From Candidatus Latescibacterota bacterium (GTDB lineage: Bacteria; Latescibacterota; UBA2968), in NCBI GenBank assembly GCA_965205975.1, contig OZ242195.1, positions 2,272,001 to 2,336,000 on the forward strand: DNA of 64,000 nucleotides, read 5' to 3'. Shown here piece by piece: positions 39,059 through 48,611 of this stretch. The translations under genes were made by a program, and so were the position numbers. The notes under the pieces are model-generated. The model was not told where the DNA came from. It worked only from the letters and a program-made list of their open reading frames with translations, and ran no database searches. The first letter of the stretch is position 1. The number at the start of each line of letters is the position of its first letter.

Positions 39059-40852
39059 ATGAAACCCGAAGATAGTGCCAGAAAGAACATTGACAGGCAA
39101 CTGGAAGCCGCAGGCTGGCGTATCCAGGATCGTGAGAATTTGAATCTCGGTGCCTCGCTGGGCGTGGCTGTCCGGGAATTTCCACTGAAATCCGGTCTGG
39201 CGGATTATCTGCTTTTTGTCAACCGAAAAGCCGTTGGTGTGGTAGAAGCAAAGCCTGAAGGTACGACACTGAGCGGCGTAGCAGAACAATCCTATAAATA
39301 TCTAACAGGGGTTCCTGAAGGTCTCCCACATGTAGGAGATCCGCTTCCTTTTGCCTTCGAGACTACTGGTATTGAGACGTTCTTTCGGGATGAGCGTGAT
39401 CCGTATCCGCGTTCCAGACGGATATTTGAATTTCACCAGCCTCAGATCCTTCAGGAATGGGTGGAAGAGAAAGAAACGCTTAGAGCGCGGCTACTGAATC
39501 TACCACTGCTGATCAAAGCACCGCTGCGGGACTGCCAGATTGAGGCCATTGAAGGACTGGATCAGTCGTTTAAGGAAGCCCGCCCAAGAGCACTCATTCA
39601 GATGGCTTCTGGCAGTGGTAAGACATACACGGCCATTTCCTTTATCTATCGCCTGATCAAATTTGCCGGAGCCAAACGTGTCCTGTTTCTGGTAGATCGT
39701 AGTAATTTGGGACGTCAGACAGCGCGGGAGTTCCAGCAGTATAGCCCACCCGACGATGGTCGCAAATTTACAGAATTATACAATGTCCAGCACCTGCGCT
39801 CCAATAAAATCGACAAAGTCAATAAGGTATGCATCACGACGATCCAGCGCTTGTATTCAATGCTAAGTGGTGAGACTGAATATCACACAGAAGATGAGGA
39901 AGGTTCTCTGTTCGACACTTCCCCAGTGCGTTTCGACCGTGAGCAACAAAAGGAAGTCATTTACAATCCGAGTATTCCTGTTGACACGTTTGATTTCATC
40001 GTCACCGACGAGTGCCACCGCTCAATTTACAATGTGTGGCGCCCGGTACTGGATTATTTCGACGCCTTTGTGATTGGTCTGACAGCAACGCCTTCCATGC
40101 AGACCCTGGGATTTTTCGACCAGAATCTGGTAACGGAATACAGCCATGAGCGCGCTGTAGCGGATGGCGTGAATGTCGGCTACGAAGTGTACAGGATCAA
40201 GACCCAGATTACGCAGGAAGGCAGCAAGATCGAGGCTGGTTTCCATGTGGATAGACGCAACAAGTTGACGCGAGCGCGGCGGTGGAAACGCTTGGATGAG
40301 GACCTGGAGTATGAGTCTCGCCAACTCGACCGAGAGGTAGTTGCTCCCGACCAGATCAGGACTGTGATCAAGACGTTCAAGAGCCGGTTGTTCACTGAGA
40401 TTTTCCCGGGCAGAACCGAAGTACCAAAAACACTCATCTTTGCCAAGGATGACTCACACGCAGAAGATATAGTCCATATCGTGCGAGAGGAATTTGGCAA
40501 AGGCAATGAGTTTTGCAAGAAAATCACCTACCGCACCACAGGCGAGAGTCCCGAAGACCTAATCACCAGTTTTCGCAACTCCTATAATCCCAGAATTGCG
40601 GTAACCGTGGATATGATCTCCACCGGCACGGACATACGCCCCCTTGAGTGTTTGTTATTTATGCGTTCAATCAAGTCACGGGTGTATTTCGAGCAAATGA
40701 AAGGCCGTGGAACACGCACGATTTCAGATACGGATATCAAGGCAGTAACGCCGGATACCGAGCACAAAACGCATTTCGTAATTGTCGATGCCGTAGGTGT
40801 GTGCGAGGACGACAAGACCGATTCCCGACCTCTGGCTTTCTATCTCCATTAA
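39059..40852 (+). pseudogene. hsdR: Type I restriction enzyme R subunit (EcoAI/EcoEI-like), 3'-truncated
   Basis: Nuclease ADYLL...VEAK, MASGSGKT, DECHRS, GLTATP and FEQMKGRGTR are present. The protein stops at 597 aa just after the helicase core and runs into hsdS-like sequence. Confidence 0.85.
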
Positions 40853-42000
40853 ATAAAATACAGAGAGGAACAAGCTATCCCGCTGTGAGAGATTCTGATG
40901 TTTTTTCACAGATAGTGCCTATTCCACCAGAAAATGAGCAAATTCGCATCGTCACCAAAATTGAAGAGCTTTTCACCAAACTCGATGCGGGCAAAGAAGA
41001 ACTCTTGCAGGCGAAAGCGCGATTGAAACGCTATCGTCAGTCTGTCTTGAAAGCAGCCATGGACGGAAAGCTGACGGAAGATTGGCGAAAGAAGCATGGG
41101 GACGAGGTTGAACCAGCGTCTATATTACTGGAGCGGATTCTCAAAGAGCGGCGAGAGAAGTGGGAAGCAGAGCAGCTTGAGCAGATGCGGGCAAAGGGGA
41201 TGATGCCCAAAAATGATAAGTGGAAGAATAAATACAAGGAACCACCAGGACCGTATACCTCGAAACTATCCGAGTTGTCGGAAAGGTGGATGTGGGTAAC
41301 GCTACCTCAAATTGGCGAATTGAACCGTGGCAAGTCAAAACATCGACCGAGAAATGCATCTTTTTTATATGGCGGTCGATACCCATTCGTACAGACTGGA
41401 GACATTAAACAGGCAAATGGTCTAATAGGACATTATAATCAGACATATAGTGAGGAAGGTCTTAAGCAGAGTCGCTTATGGCCTTCAGGTACACTCTGTA
41501 TTACTATCGCTGCAAATATAGCTGATACAGCAATTCTTGGATTTGATGCATGTTTTCCGGATAGCGTGGTTGGTTTTTTGCCAGAAATAGGACATTGTAA
41601 TATACGCTTTGTTGAGTTCTTCTTGCGGACAGCTAAGGACGACCTTGAGCGATATGCTCCTGCCACTGCTCAAAAAAATATCAATCTGGGGACATTAAAA
41701 GATTTAGCTATTCCTTTTCCGCCATTAGCCGAACAAAATGTGATCACTGAAGAAATAGATCGCCACCTCTCTGTTGCCGATGTAGTCGAAGCAACTGTTG
41801 ACGCCGAACTCAAACGATCTGATGCGCTCCGTCAATCTATTCTTAAGCAGGCGTTCTCGGGCAAACTGGTTCCGCAAGACCCCAATGACGAGCCAGCGGA
41901 GAAATTGCTTGCGCGTATTAAAAAAGAAAAAACTAAACTGGAGACCGAGCAGAAGACCAATAGAAAAGCCAAAAAGCAATTGGCGTTATTTGAGCATTGA
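40828..42000 (+). pseudogene. hsdS: Type I R-M specificity subunit, 5'-truncated (end of TRD1, conserved region, TRD2, conserved region)
   Basis: PIPPENEQIRIV..IEELF, RQSVLKAAM.GKL, EPAS.LL, then PPLAEQ..I, RQSILKQAFSGKLVPQDP.DEPA. Only one complete TRD. Confidence 0.85.
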
Positions 42001-42026
42001 AGATGGAATAAAAAAAGGATAGAACG

Positions 42027-42317
42027 ATGGGAAAAACCACACTTAAAATGCAGTTTCACCTTCCGATTGAAAACATCTCCAAAAAGCATCAAATGGTAGC
42101 GACAAAAAAGGCAAAAGCTGCCTTCGTACTTGAACTTCTCCGACAAGGGGACATCAGCGCGGGAAAAGCAGCAGAACTTCTCAACGTTTCCCGATGGAAA
42201 CTCTCGAAAATGATGGCTGATGCAGGGATTTCCGCCTTTGATGAAAGCCAGACAGCAGAAACCTTACAGGCGGAAGTTGACAACGCCCTGCAAGACTTCG
42301 AAAATTCCACACCATGA
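42027..42317 (+). CDS. UPF0175 family antitoxin-like HTH protein
   Basis: L.L...G.IS.GKAAELL.VSRW motif. 96 aa. Confidence 0.85.
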   Translation: MGKTTLKMQFHLPIENISKKHQMVATKKAKAAFVLELLRQGDISAGKAAELLNVSRWKLSKMMADAGISAFDESQTAETLQAEVDNALQDFENSTP

Positions 42318-42526
42318 AGGTTGTCGCAAATAGTACACCGCTAATTGAACTCTCGAAAATCCGCCAATTGGAACTCCTTCGGGATGTATATGGCTCAATC
42401 ATCATTCCAGAAGAAGTGTACACCGAAGTGGTCATTGATGGTGCTGGTGAATCGGGAGCCGCAGAAGTGGCAGCGGCACAGGAGAGTAATTACAAAAATG
42501 CCATCAGAAGTTTCCAGATTAAATGA
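42314..42526 (+). pseudogene. DUF3368-type PIN-domain toxin, truncated
   Basis: MKVVANSTPLIEL.KI..LELL...Y..I.IP.EVY.EV. Similarity ends at about aa 56, and the ORF overlaps the hsdM start. Confidence 0.75.
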
Positions 42527-44036
42527 TCCAGCGTCAATTGTGCAAAAATTGTGGAATTACTGCAATGTCCTGCGCGATGACGGCGTCAGTTATGGCGATT
42601 ATGTCGAGCAGTTGACCTACTTGCTTTTTTTGAAGATGGCCGACGAGCAGACCTGGCCGCCCTACAATAGGGAATCAATTATCCCATCAAATAAAGACGG
42701 CAATGCGCTTGATTGGCCCAGCTTGATTGAAAAAGATGGTGATGCCCTCGAAAACCATTACCGACACATCCTCACTGAGCTTGCCAGAGCTGACGGGATG
42801 CTGGGTGTGATCTTTCGCAAATCTCAAAACAAAATACAGGACCCGGCCAAGCTCAAGCGCATCATCTATCTCATTAATGAAGAAACCTGGATGGGAATGG
42901 ATATTGATGTGAAAGGCGAGATTTATGAAGGACTCTTGCAGAAAAACGCCGAGGATGTCAAGGGTGGTGCCGGTCAGTATTTTACCCCACGTCCCCTCAT
43001 CAAGGCGATGGTTGAGGTAATGCAGCCAAAACCCGATATGACGATCTGCGACCCAGCCTGTGGCACGGGCGGTTTCTTTCTGGCCGTGCACAAATATCTA
43101 TCAGAGAACTACAGGCTTGATCGGAAGCAAAAGGAATTTCTGCGCTTCAACACGTTCACCGGTACGGACATCGTTGACGGCGTCGTCAGACTGTGTGCGA
43201 TGAACCTTTATTTGCACGGCATCGGCGGAGATGAAAGCCCGGTCACGGTGGGTGACAGTCTGATCAGCGATCCTGGTGATCGCTTTGACATGGTGCTCAC
43301 CAATCCTCCCTTTGGCAAGAAAAGCAGCGTCACCATCGTCAACGACGAGGGCAAGGCCGACAAAGAAGCCCTCACCTATGAGCGCGAAGACTTTTGGGCA
43401 ACCACCTCCAACAAGCAGTTGAACTTTTTGCAGCACATCAAGACCCTGCTCAAGATCAACGGCAGTGCGGCAGTGGTACTGCCCGATAATGTGCTCTTTG
43501 AAGGGGGGGCTGGCGAGACGGTGCGCAAGAAACTGCTACAGGAAGCCGACGCACATACCCTTCTTCGCCTACCCACGGGCATCTTTTACGCGCAGGGCGT
43601 GAAAGCCAATGTCTTGTTCTTTGACCGCAAGCCAGCAAGCGAGCATCCCCGGACAGAGAAGTTGTGGATTTACGATTTGAGGACGAACAAGCATTTCACG
43701 CTCAAGAAGAATCCATTGCGCTTTGAGGACTTGCATGATTTCATCGAATGCTACAACCCTGAAAATCGACACGACCGCAAGGAAACCGAGCGGTTCAAGT
43801 CCTTTGCGTATGATGAGTTGATGCAACGGGACAAGGTGAGTCTGGACATCTTTTGGCTGCGAGATGAAAGCCTCGAAGAGTCCGAGAACCTTCCAGAACC
43901 AGACGTGATTGCTGCGGAGATTACTGAAAATCTGGAGGCAGCATTAGAGCAGTTTGCGAGTATTTACGAGGAGATTGCTCCCAACGAGGATGAGACAACC
44001 GAAGAGTACCTCGAATCTCTGACCCAAACTAATTGA
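42498..44036 (+). CDS. hsdM: Type I R-M methyltransferase subunit
   Basis: IVQKLW..C.VLRDDG, GAGQYFTPR, DPACGTGGF, NPPF and LRLPTGIFYAQGVKANV. SD CAGGAG before ATG 42498. Confidence 0.95.
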   Translation: MPSEVSRLNDPASIVQKLWNYCNVLRDDGVSYGDYVEQLTYLLFLKMADEQTWPPYNRESIIPSNKDGNALDWPSLIEKDGDALENHYRHILTELARADGMLGVIFRKSQNKIQDPAKLKRIIYLINEETWMGMDIDVKGEIYEGLLQKNAEDVKGGAGQYFTPRPLIKAMVEVMQPKPDMTICDPACGTGGFFLAVHKYLSENYRLDRKQKEFLRFNTFTGTDIVDGVVRLCAMNLYLHGIGGDESPVTVGDSLISDPGDRFDMVLTNPPFGKKSSVTIVNDEGKADKEALTYEREDFWATTSNKQLNFLQHIKTLLKINGSAAVVLPDNVLFEGGAGETVRKKLLQEADAHTLLRLPTGIFYAQGVKANVLFFDRKPASEHPRTEKLWIYDLRTNKHFTLKKNPLRFEDLHDFIECYNPENRHDRKETERFKSFAYDELMQRDKVSLDIFWLRDESLEESENLPEPDVIAAEITENLEAALEQFASIYEEIAPNEDETTEEYLESLTQTN

Positions 44037-44048
44037 CAAAAAGGAGCA

Positions 44049-45839
44049 TTGATGCAGAAAGATTATTCTGAAGTCAAAGGTCAACTGCGAAGTCAAGAGT
44101 GGTTCAACAACCCGCACAACATGGGCATGACAGCCGTCTATGTCGAACGCTACATGAACTACGGCTGGACGCGCGAAGAACTCCAATCGGGCAAACCCGT
44201 TATCGGCATCGCGCAAACGGGCGGCGACCTTACCCCCTGCAACCGCATTCACGTCGAATTGGTCGATCGCGTCAAAGCCGGTATCCGCGACAACGGCGGC
44301 ATACCCTTTGAATTTCCCGTACACCCCATTGCCGAACAGGGCAAACGCCCCACCGCTGCCCTCGACCGCAACCTCGCCTACCTCGGACTGGTCGAAATCC
44401 TGCACGGCTATCCCATTGACGGCGTCGTGCTCACCACCGGATGCGACAAAACCACACCCGCCTGCATCATGGCCGCCTGCACCATGAACCTGCCCGCAAT
44501 CGTCCTCTCTGGCGGCCCCATGCTCGACGGGCACTGGCGCGGTCGTCTGGCCGGATCAGGCACAGTTGTATGGGAAGCCCGCGAACGCTACGCGGCTGGT
44601 GAAATCGACTACGACGGATTCATGGATATCGTCACATCATCCTCGCCCAGTGTGGGCCATTGCAACACAATGGGAACCGCCCTATCCATGAACTCCCTGG
44701 CAGAAGCCCTTGGACTATCGCTTACCGGATGTGCGGCCATCCCCGCACCCTATCGCGCCCGCAAGCAAATGGCCTATCGCACGGGCCTGCGCATCGTCGA
44801 TATGGTCAAAGAAGATCTCACCCCCGACAAGGTCCTCACGCCAGAAGCCTTCCAAAACGCCGTTGTCGTCAACTCTGCGCTCGGCGGTTCGACCAATGCG
44901 CCGGTCCATATCACCGCCATGGCGCGACACATCGGGCTGGAACTGCCAGCAAAAGACTGGCAAACCCAGGGTCACCACATTCCCCTGCTCGTCAACTGTC
45001 AGCCCGCAGGCGAATACCTCGGCGAAGCCTTTTACCGCGCCGGTGGCGTACCCGCCGTCATGGCCGAACTCGTCAAAGCCGACAAACTCCACCTCCACTG
45101 CCAGACCGTCACAGGCAAAACCATAGGCGAAAATCTCAAAGGCATCGCCATTGAAGACGAGCGCGTCATCAAGCCCTATGAACAACCCTTAAAAGAAAAC
45201 GCTGGATTCATCGTACTCAGCGGCAATCTCTTTGAAGCGGGCTTGCTCAAAACCTCTGTGATCGGCGACGACTTCCGCAAAAAATATCTCCAGCGCGAAG
45301 GCGACGAAAACGCCTGGGAAGGCATAGCTGTGGTCTTCAACGGCCCCGAAGATTATCACCACCGCATCAACGATCCCGATTTGCCCATCGACGAAAATTC
45401 CATGCTCTTCGTGCGCTATTGCGGTCCCGTAGGCTATCCCGGCTCAGCCGAAGTCGTCAACATGCTCCCGCCCGACCGCCTCGTGCAGGCCGGCATTTCC
45501 GAACTGCCCTGTATCGGCGATGGGCGTCAAAGTGGCACCTCTGCCAGCCCGTCTATACTCAACGCCTCGCCCGAAGCCACAGTAGGCGGTGGCCTTGCCT
45601 TTCTCAAAACGGGCGACCGCGTGCGCATCGACCTCAACACATGCACGGCCAATGTCCTCATCAGCGATCGGGAACTCGCCCAGCGCAGAAAAGACTGGAA
45701 ACAACCCGACCTGGTCCACCAGACGCCCTGGCAGGAAATCTATCGCCAAAATGTGGGACAACTCGCCGATGGCGCATGTATGGAACTGGCAGTCAAATAC
45801 CAGAATGTGCGCGACAATACCCCGCGGCATTCGCATTAA
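44049..45839 (+). CDS. IlvD/Edd family sugar-acid dehydratase (D-xylonate dehydratase XylD-like)
   Basis: RS..WF.NP...MTA.Y.ERYMNYG..EEL.SGKP.IGIAQTG.D.PCN, GCDKTTPA, CNTMGTA and DGRQSGTS. Confidence 0.88.
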   Translation: MMQKDYSEVKGQLRSQEWFNNPHNMGMTAVYVERYMNYGWTREELQSGKPVIGIAQTGGDLTPCNRIHVELVDRVKAGIRDNGGIPFEFPVHPIAEQGKRPTAALDRNLAYLGLVEILHGYPIDGVVLTTGCDKTTPACIMAACTMNLPAIVLSGGPMLDGHWRGRLAGSGTVVWEARERYAAGEIDYDGFMDIVTSSSPSVGHCNTMGTALSMNSLAEALGLSLTGCAAIPAPYRARKQMAYRTGLRIVDMVKEDLTPDKVLTPEAFQNAVVVNSALGGSTNAPVHITAMARHIGLELPAKDWQTQGHHIPLLVNCQPAGEYLGEAFYRAGGVPAVMAELVKADKLHLHCQTVTGKTIGENLKGIAIEDERVIKPYEQPLKENAGFIVLSGNLFEAGLLKTSVIGDDFRKKYLQREGDENAWEGIAVVFNGPEDYHHRINDPDLPIDENSMLFVRYCGPVGYPGSAEVVNMLPPDRLVQAGISELPCIGDGRQSGTSASPSILNASPEATVGGGLAFLKTGDRVRIDLNTCTANVLISDRELAQRRKDWKQPDLVHQTPWQEIYRQNVGQLADGACMELAVKYQNVRDNTPRHSH

Positions 45840-45850
45840 ATCTTTACCTC

Positions 45851-46531
45851 GTGATCTTTCCAACACCCGAAGAATACACCGTCCTCTTTCTATCGCTTAA
45901 AGTGGGCCTGCTCTGCGTGGTTATAAGCCTGCCCTTTGCCGTATTGTTGGGCTGGGTGCTGGCGCGCAAAAGCTTTCGCGGCAAGCTCATCCTCGACGGT
46001 CTGTGTCACCTGCCCCTTGTGTTGCCACCTGTGGTTGTCGGGTATCTGCTCCTCCTCCTGTTGGGTCGCCGGGGGGTTCTGGGTCAAATTTTGAGCGACT
46101 GGTTTGGAATGCAAATCGCATTTACCTGGCGAGGTGCTGTATTAGCCGCCGCTGTAGTGGGTTTTCCACTCATGTTAAGAGCCGTTCGCCTCGCCATCGA
46201 AAGTGTTGACCCCCGCCTCGAACGCGCTGCTCGCACCCTGGGTGCCAATCCGATCCGCGCCTTTTTCTCTATAACGCTGCGCCTGGCCGCGCCCGGTGTA
46301 CTCGTCGGTTCTCTCCTTGCATTTGCACGCAGTCTCGGCGAATTTGGCGCCACCATCACCTTTGTCTCCAATATTGCTGGCGAAACCCGCACACTTCCAC
46401 TCGCCATTTTCACGTACATCAACCAGCCCGACGGCGAAGCCGCTGCCGCACGCCTCGTCTTACTCTCCATCATCCTATCTCTGGGTGCGCTCATCGCCAG
46501 TGAAGCCATCGCCCGCAAAATGAAAAATTAA
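45851..46531 (+). CDS. modB: molybdate ABC transporter permease
   Basis: LPLVLPPVVVGY, AARTLGA, FARSLGEFGAT and TLPLAI. Start placed at GTG 45851. Confidence 0.93.
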   Translation: MIFPTPEEYTVLFLSLKVGLLCVVISLPFAVLLGWVLARKSFRGKLILDGLCHLPLVLPPVVVGYLLLLLLGRRGVLGQILSDWFGMQIAFTWRGAVLAAAVVGFPLMLRAVRLAIESVDPRLERAARTLGANPIRAFFSITLRLAAPGVLVGSLLAFARSLGEFGATITFVSNIAGETRTLPLAIFTYINQPDGEAAAARLVLLSIILSLGALIASEAIARKMKN

Positions 46532-46536
46532 ACACC

Positions 46537-47598
46537 ATGCTCACCCTTTGTGTACACAGGCAACTCGTCGAATTTACCCTCGAAATCGATGTGACGTGTG
46601 CCTATCTCGTCACCGCAATATTTGGACCTTCGGGCTGCGGCAAAACCACCCTCTTGAATCTCATAAGCGGCCTGATGCGACCAGATAGCGGTCAAATCAG
46701 TATTGATGACACCATTTTATTTGACGCCAAAAAAGGCATTGACCTGCCACCGGAAAAGCGACGCATAGGCCACGTATTTCAAGACGATTTGCTTTTTCCA
46801 CACCTGACCGCGCGCCAGAATCTCCTGTATGGGTATCAATTTCTCGCGCCATCAGAACGCAAGTTTCATCCCGACACCATTATCGACCTGCTCGAACTAA
46901 ACACCCTGCTCGACCGTCTCCCAAATCTCCTCTCAGGTGGTGAACGCCAGCGCGTCGCCCTGGGGCGAGCCATCCTGACTTCTCCCAGACTGCTCATCAT
47001 GGATGAACCCCTGACCGCGCTCGATCAAGAGCTCAAAGACCGCATCATGCCCTATCTGCGCCACATTCGCACGGATTTGGGCATACCCATGCTCTACGTC
47101 AGCCACGCAATTGGCGAAATTCTGCAACTCACCGGACAGGTCATTGTGCTCAATCGCGGGCAAGTACTCGCGCATGGAGATTTCTTTTCTATCGCTCATC
47201 AGCCCAAAATTCTGCCCCTGCTCGAAGCGCATGGTTTTGAAAATGTCCTGCCCGTTGAAGTCATCTCATCCAATCGCGTGCAATACAACAATCAAATCCT
47301 CCATATCCCCCCCTGTGACCGCGCATCGGGCACACAGATCTTTATAGGCATCCGGGCAAACGACATCATTTTGTCCCGGCAGCGACCTGCGGGTTTAAGC
47401 ATTCGCAACGCCCTCTCCGGACGGATTCTCGACATCGTTGAAACGCATGGACGACGCCTCGTGTACATCGATGTGGGCAAACGCCTCGCCGCTGAAGTTA
47501 CGCCCGAAGCGATAGAAGAATTGGCTTTAAAAATCGGCGATTCCGTAATTTGCCTGATAAAAACACACGCCATTCGCATAGGCCCAGATGTCTCTTGA
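46537..47598 (+). CDS. modC: molybdate ABC transporter ATP-binding subunit
   Basis: FGPSGCGKTT, LSGGERQR, MDEPL and C-terminal TOBE (SIRN). Confidence 0.93.
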   Translation: MLTLCVHRQLVEFTLEIDVTCAYLVTAIFGPSGCGKTTLLNLISGLMRPDSGQISIDDTILFDAKKGIDLPPEKRRIGHVFQDDLLFPHLTARQNLLYGYQFLAPSERKFHPDTIIDLLELNTLLDRLPNLLSGGERQRVALGRAILTSPRLLIMDEPLTALDQELKDRIMPYLRHIRTDLGIPMLYVSHAIGEILQLTGQVIVLNRGQVLAHGDFFSIAHQPKILPLLEAHGFENVLPVEVISSNRVQYNNQILHIPPCDRASGTQIFIGIRANDIILSRQRPAGLSIRNALSGRILDIVETHGRRLVYIDVGKRLAAEVTPEAIEELALKIGDSVICLIKTHAIRIGPDVS

Positions 47599-47772
47599 GA
47601 CCTGCGCCACCTCCACTTTCTCAAAAAAACCAAAATTTCTGAAACCCATTCTCAACTTGCACTGTCTATTGTATGTGACATTGGGTAACTATTTTCTTAT
47701 TTTTCGTTCTAAAGTGCATCCAAAGGTATGTAACAGTGAAGATAAAATTTGCAAAAAATTCCAATTTCTTCC

Positions 47773-47801
47773 TTGACGTAATGAAGTTCTCTAACTATCT
47801 T
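47773..47801 (+). promoter_or_regulatory. sigma70-type promoter heading the structured leader
   Basis: TTGACG-17 nt-TATCTT. Confidence 0.5.
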
Positions 47802-48065
47802 TTTAAAGCTAAACATTATTGTTGCAATTCACCAACCTCAAACAGGGAATCCATCGTGTATATTCGTAAACCCGCACCACAGGGCTGAGTTTCCTGGAAC
47901 GACATCCAGGGTAACACCTTTACACAAGAGATTTTCGTGTTCAATCTCGCCATTGTTGCCTTTAACAGTCCTATCCAGGATAGCTCGCAATTTAATTAAA
48001 TTGCACGCGCTCTTATTGCGCCTGGGGAGGACTATATGGCTTGTTGAATGCATCAAAAAGACACT

Positions 48066-48131
48066 GCCATCCTCTCCGGATGGCTTTTTTAATGGCCACA
48101 GCGCAAAACGAGACGCGGTGGCCCTTTTTTT
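48066..48131 (+). terminator. two tandem terminator-like hairpins
   Basis: GCCATCC-5-GGATGGC-T6 and GGCCAC...GTGGCC-C-T7. Confidence 0.7.
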
Positions 48132-48223
48132 CAAAGGAGGCACTATGATTATTTGACAAATGATTGGTAAACAAATATCTGGCTCACCATTTCTCCCCCT
48201 TCATCAGAAAAAGGAGATCTGAT

Positions 48224-48328
48224 ATGAGGTCAGTACAAACAGAAAGGCCCTCACGCGAGTCTTTGGCGGGACGACGTGAGGACCCCAGATCACACCGACA
48301 AGTACATGCGGTGTTCCGCATAATTTAG
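48224..48328 (+). CDS. putative 34-aa Arg-rich small protein
   Basis: SD AAGGAG 7 nt upstream. MRSVQTERPSRESLAGRREDPRSHRQVHAVFRII*. Confidence 0.3.
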   Translation: MRSVQTERPSRESLAGRREDPRSHRQVHAVFRII

Positions 48329-48379
48329 GACAAATTTCCGATAACTGCAAACGAAATCACAAACTTGTAGAGAAATTAG

Positions 48380-48577
48380 ATGCAAACCTGGAAGGATGTA
48401 TTCCGCAGAAAAGAAGAATTGCAAAATCTGAAAAACATCGGATTCTGCTTTCTGATCGTCGTTGCCCTTATCACGGGGTCTTATGCCCTGACGGGGTTGC
48501 GCGACATCTTTCAAGTCTCGCTTGCGGAGCCTACCGAATGGGAAGTCACCGCAACGCCTGACGATATTGACGAGTAA
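48380..48577 (+). CDS. 65-aa single-pass membrane protein
   Basis: Basic N-terminus, hydrophobic IGFCFLIVVALITGSYAL and an acidic tail. Directly upstream of the ECF sigma gene. Confidence 0.55.
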   Translation: MQTWKDVFRRKEELQNLKNIGFCFLIVVALITGSYALTGLRDIFQVSLAEPTEWEVTATPDDIDE

Positions 48578-48611
48578 ATAGACAATCATTCACAGAGGGG
48601 GGATCCTAACC

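Noticed and set aside
37877..44036. tRNA-anchored genomic island carrying the R-M locus
   Set aside because: The locus lies on the 5' side of the tRNA, and I found no integrase and no duplicated tRNA 3' end.
45419..45850. Long N-terminal extensions in the ORF track for modB, and likewise at 58559, 42345, 40648, 26309, 60831 and 56839
   Set aside because: They overlap upstream genes in another frame and lack family similarity. Downstream starts fit better.
48036..48092. ATG GCT TGT TGA ATG... followed by a hairpin: possible Cys-Sec readthrough with a SECIS
   Set aside because: The product would be only 18 aa, and the hairpin ends in T6 like a terminator. No selenoprotein motif is recognisable.
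48311..48340. dif-like site (GTTCCGCATAA)
   Set aside because: Only a XerC-like half. The TTATGTTAAAT arm is missing.
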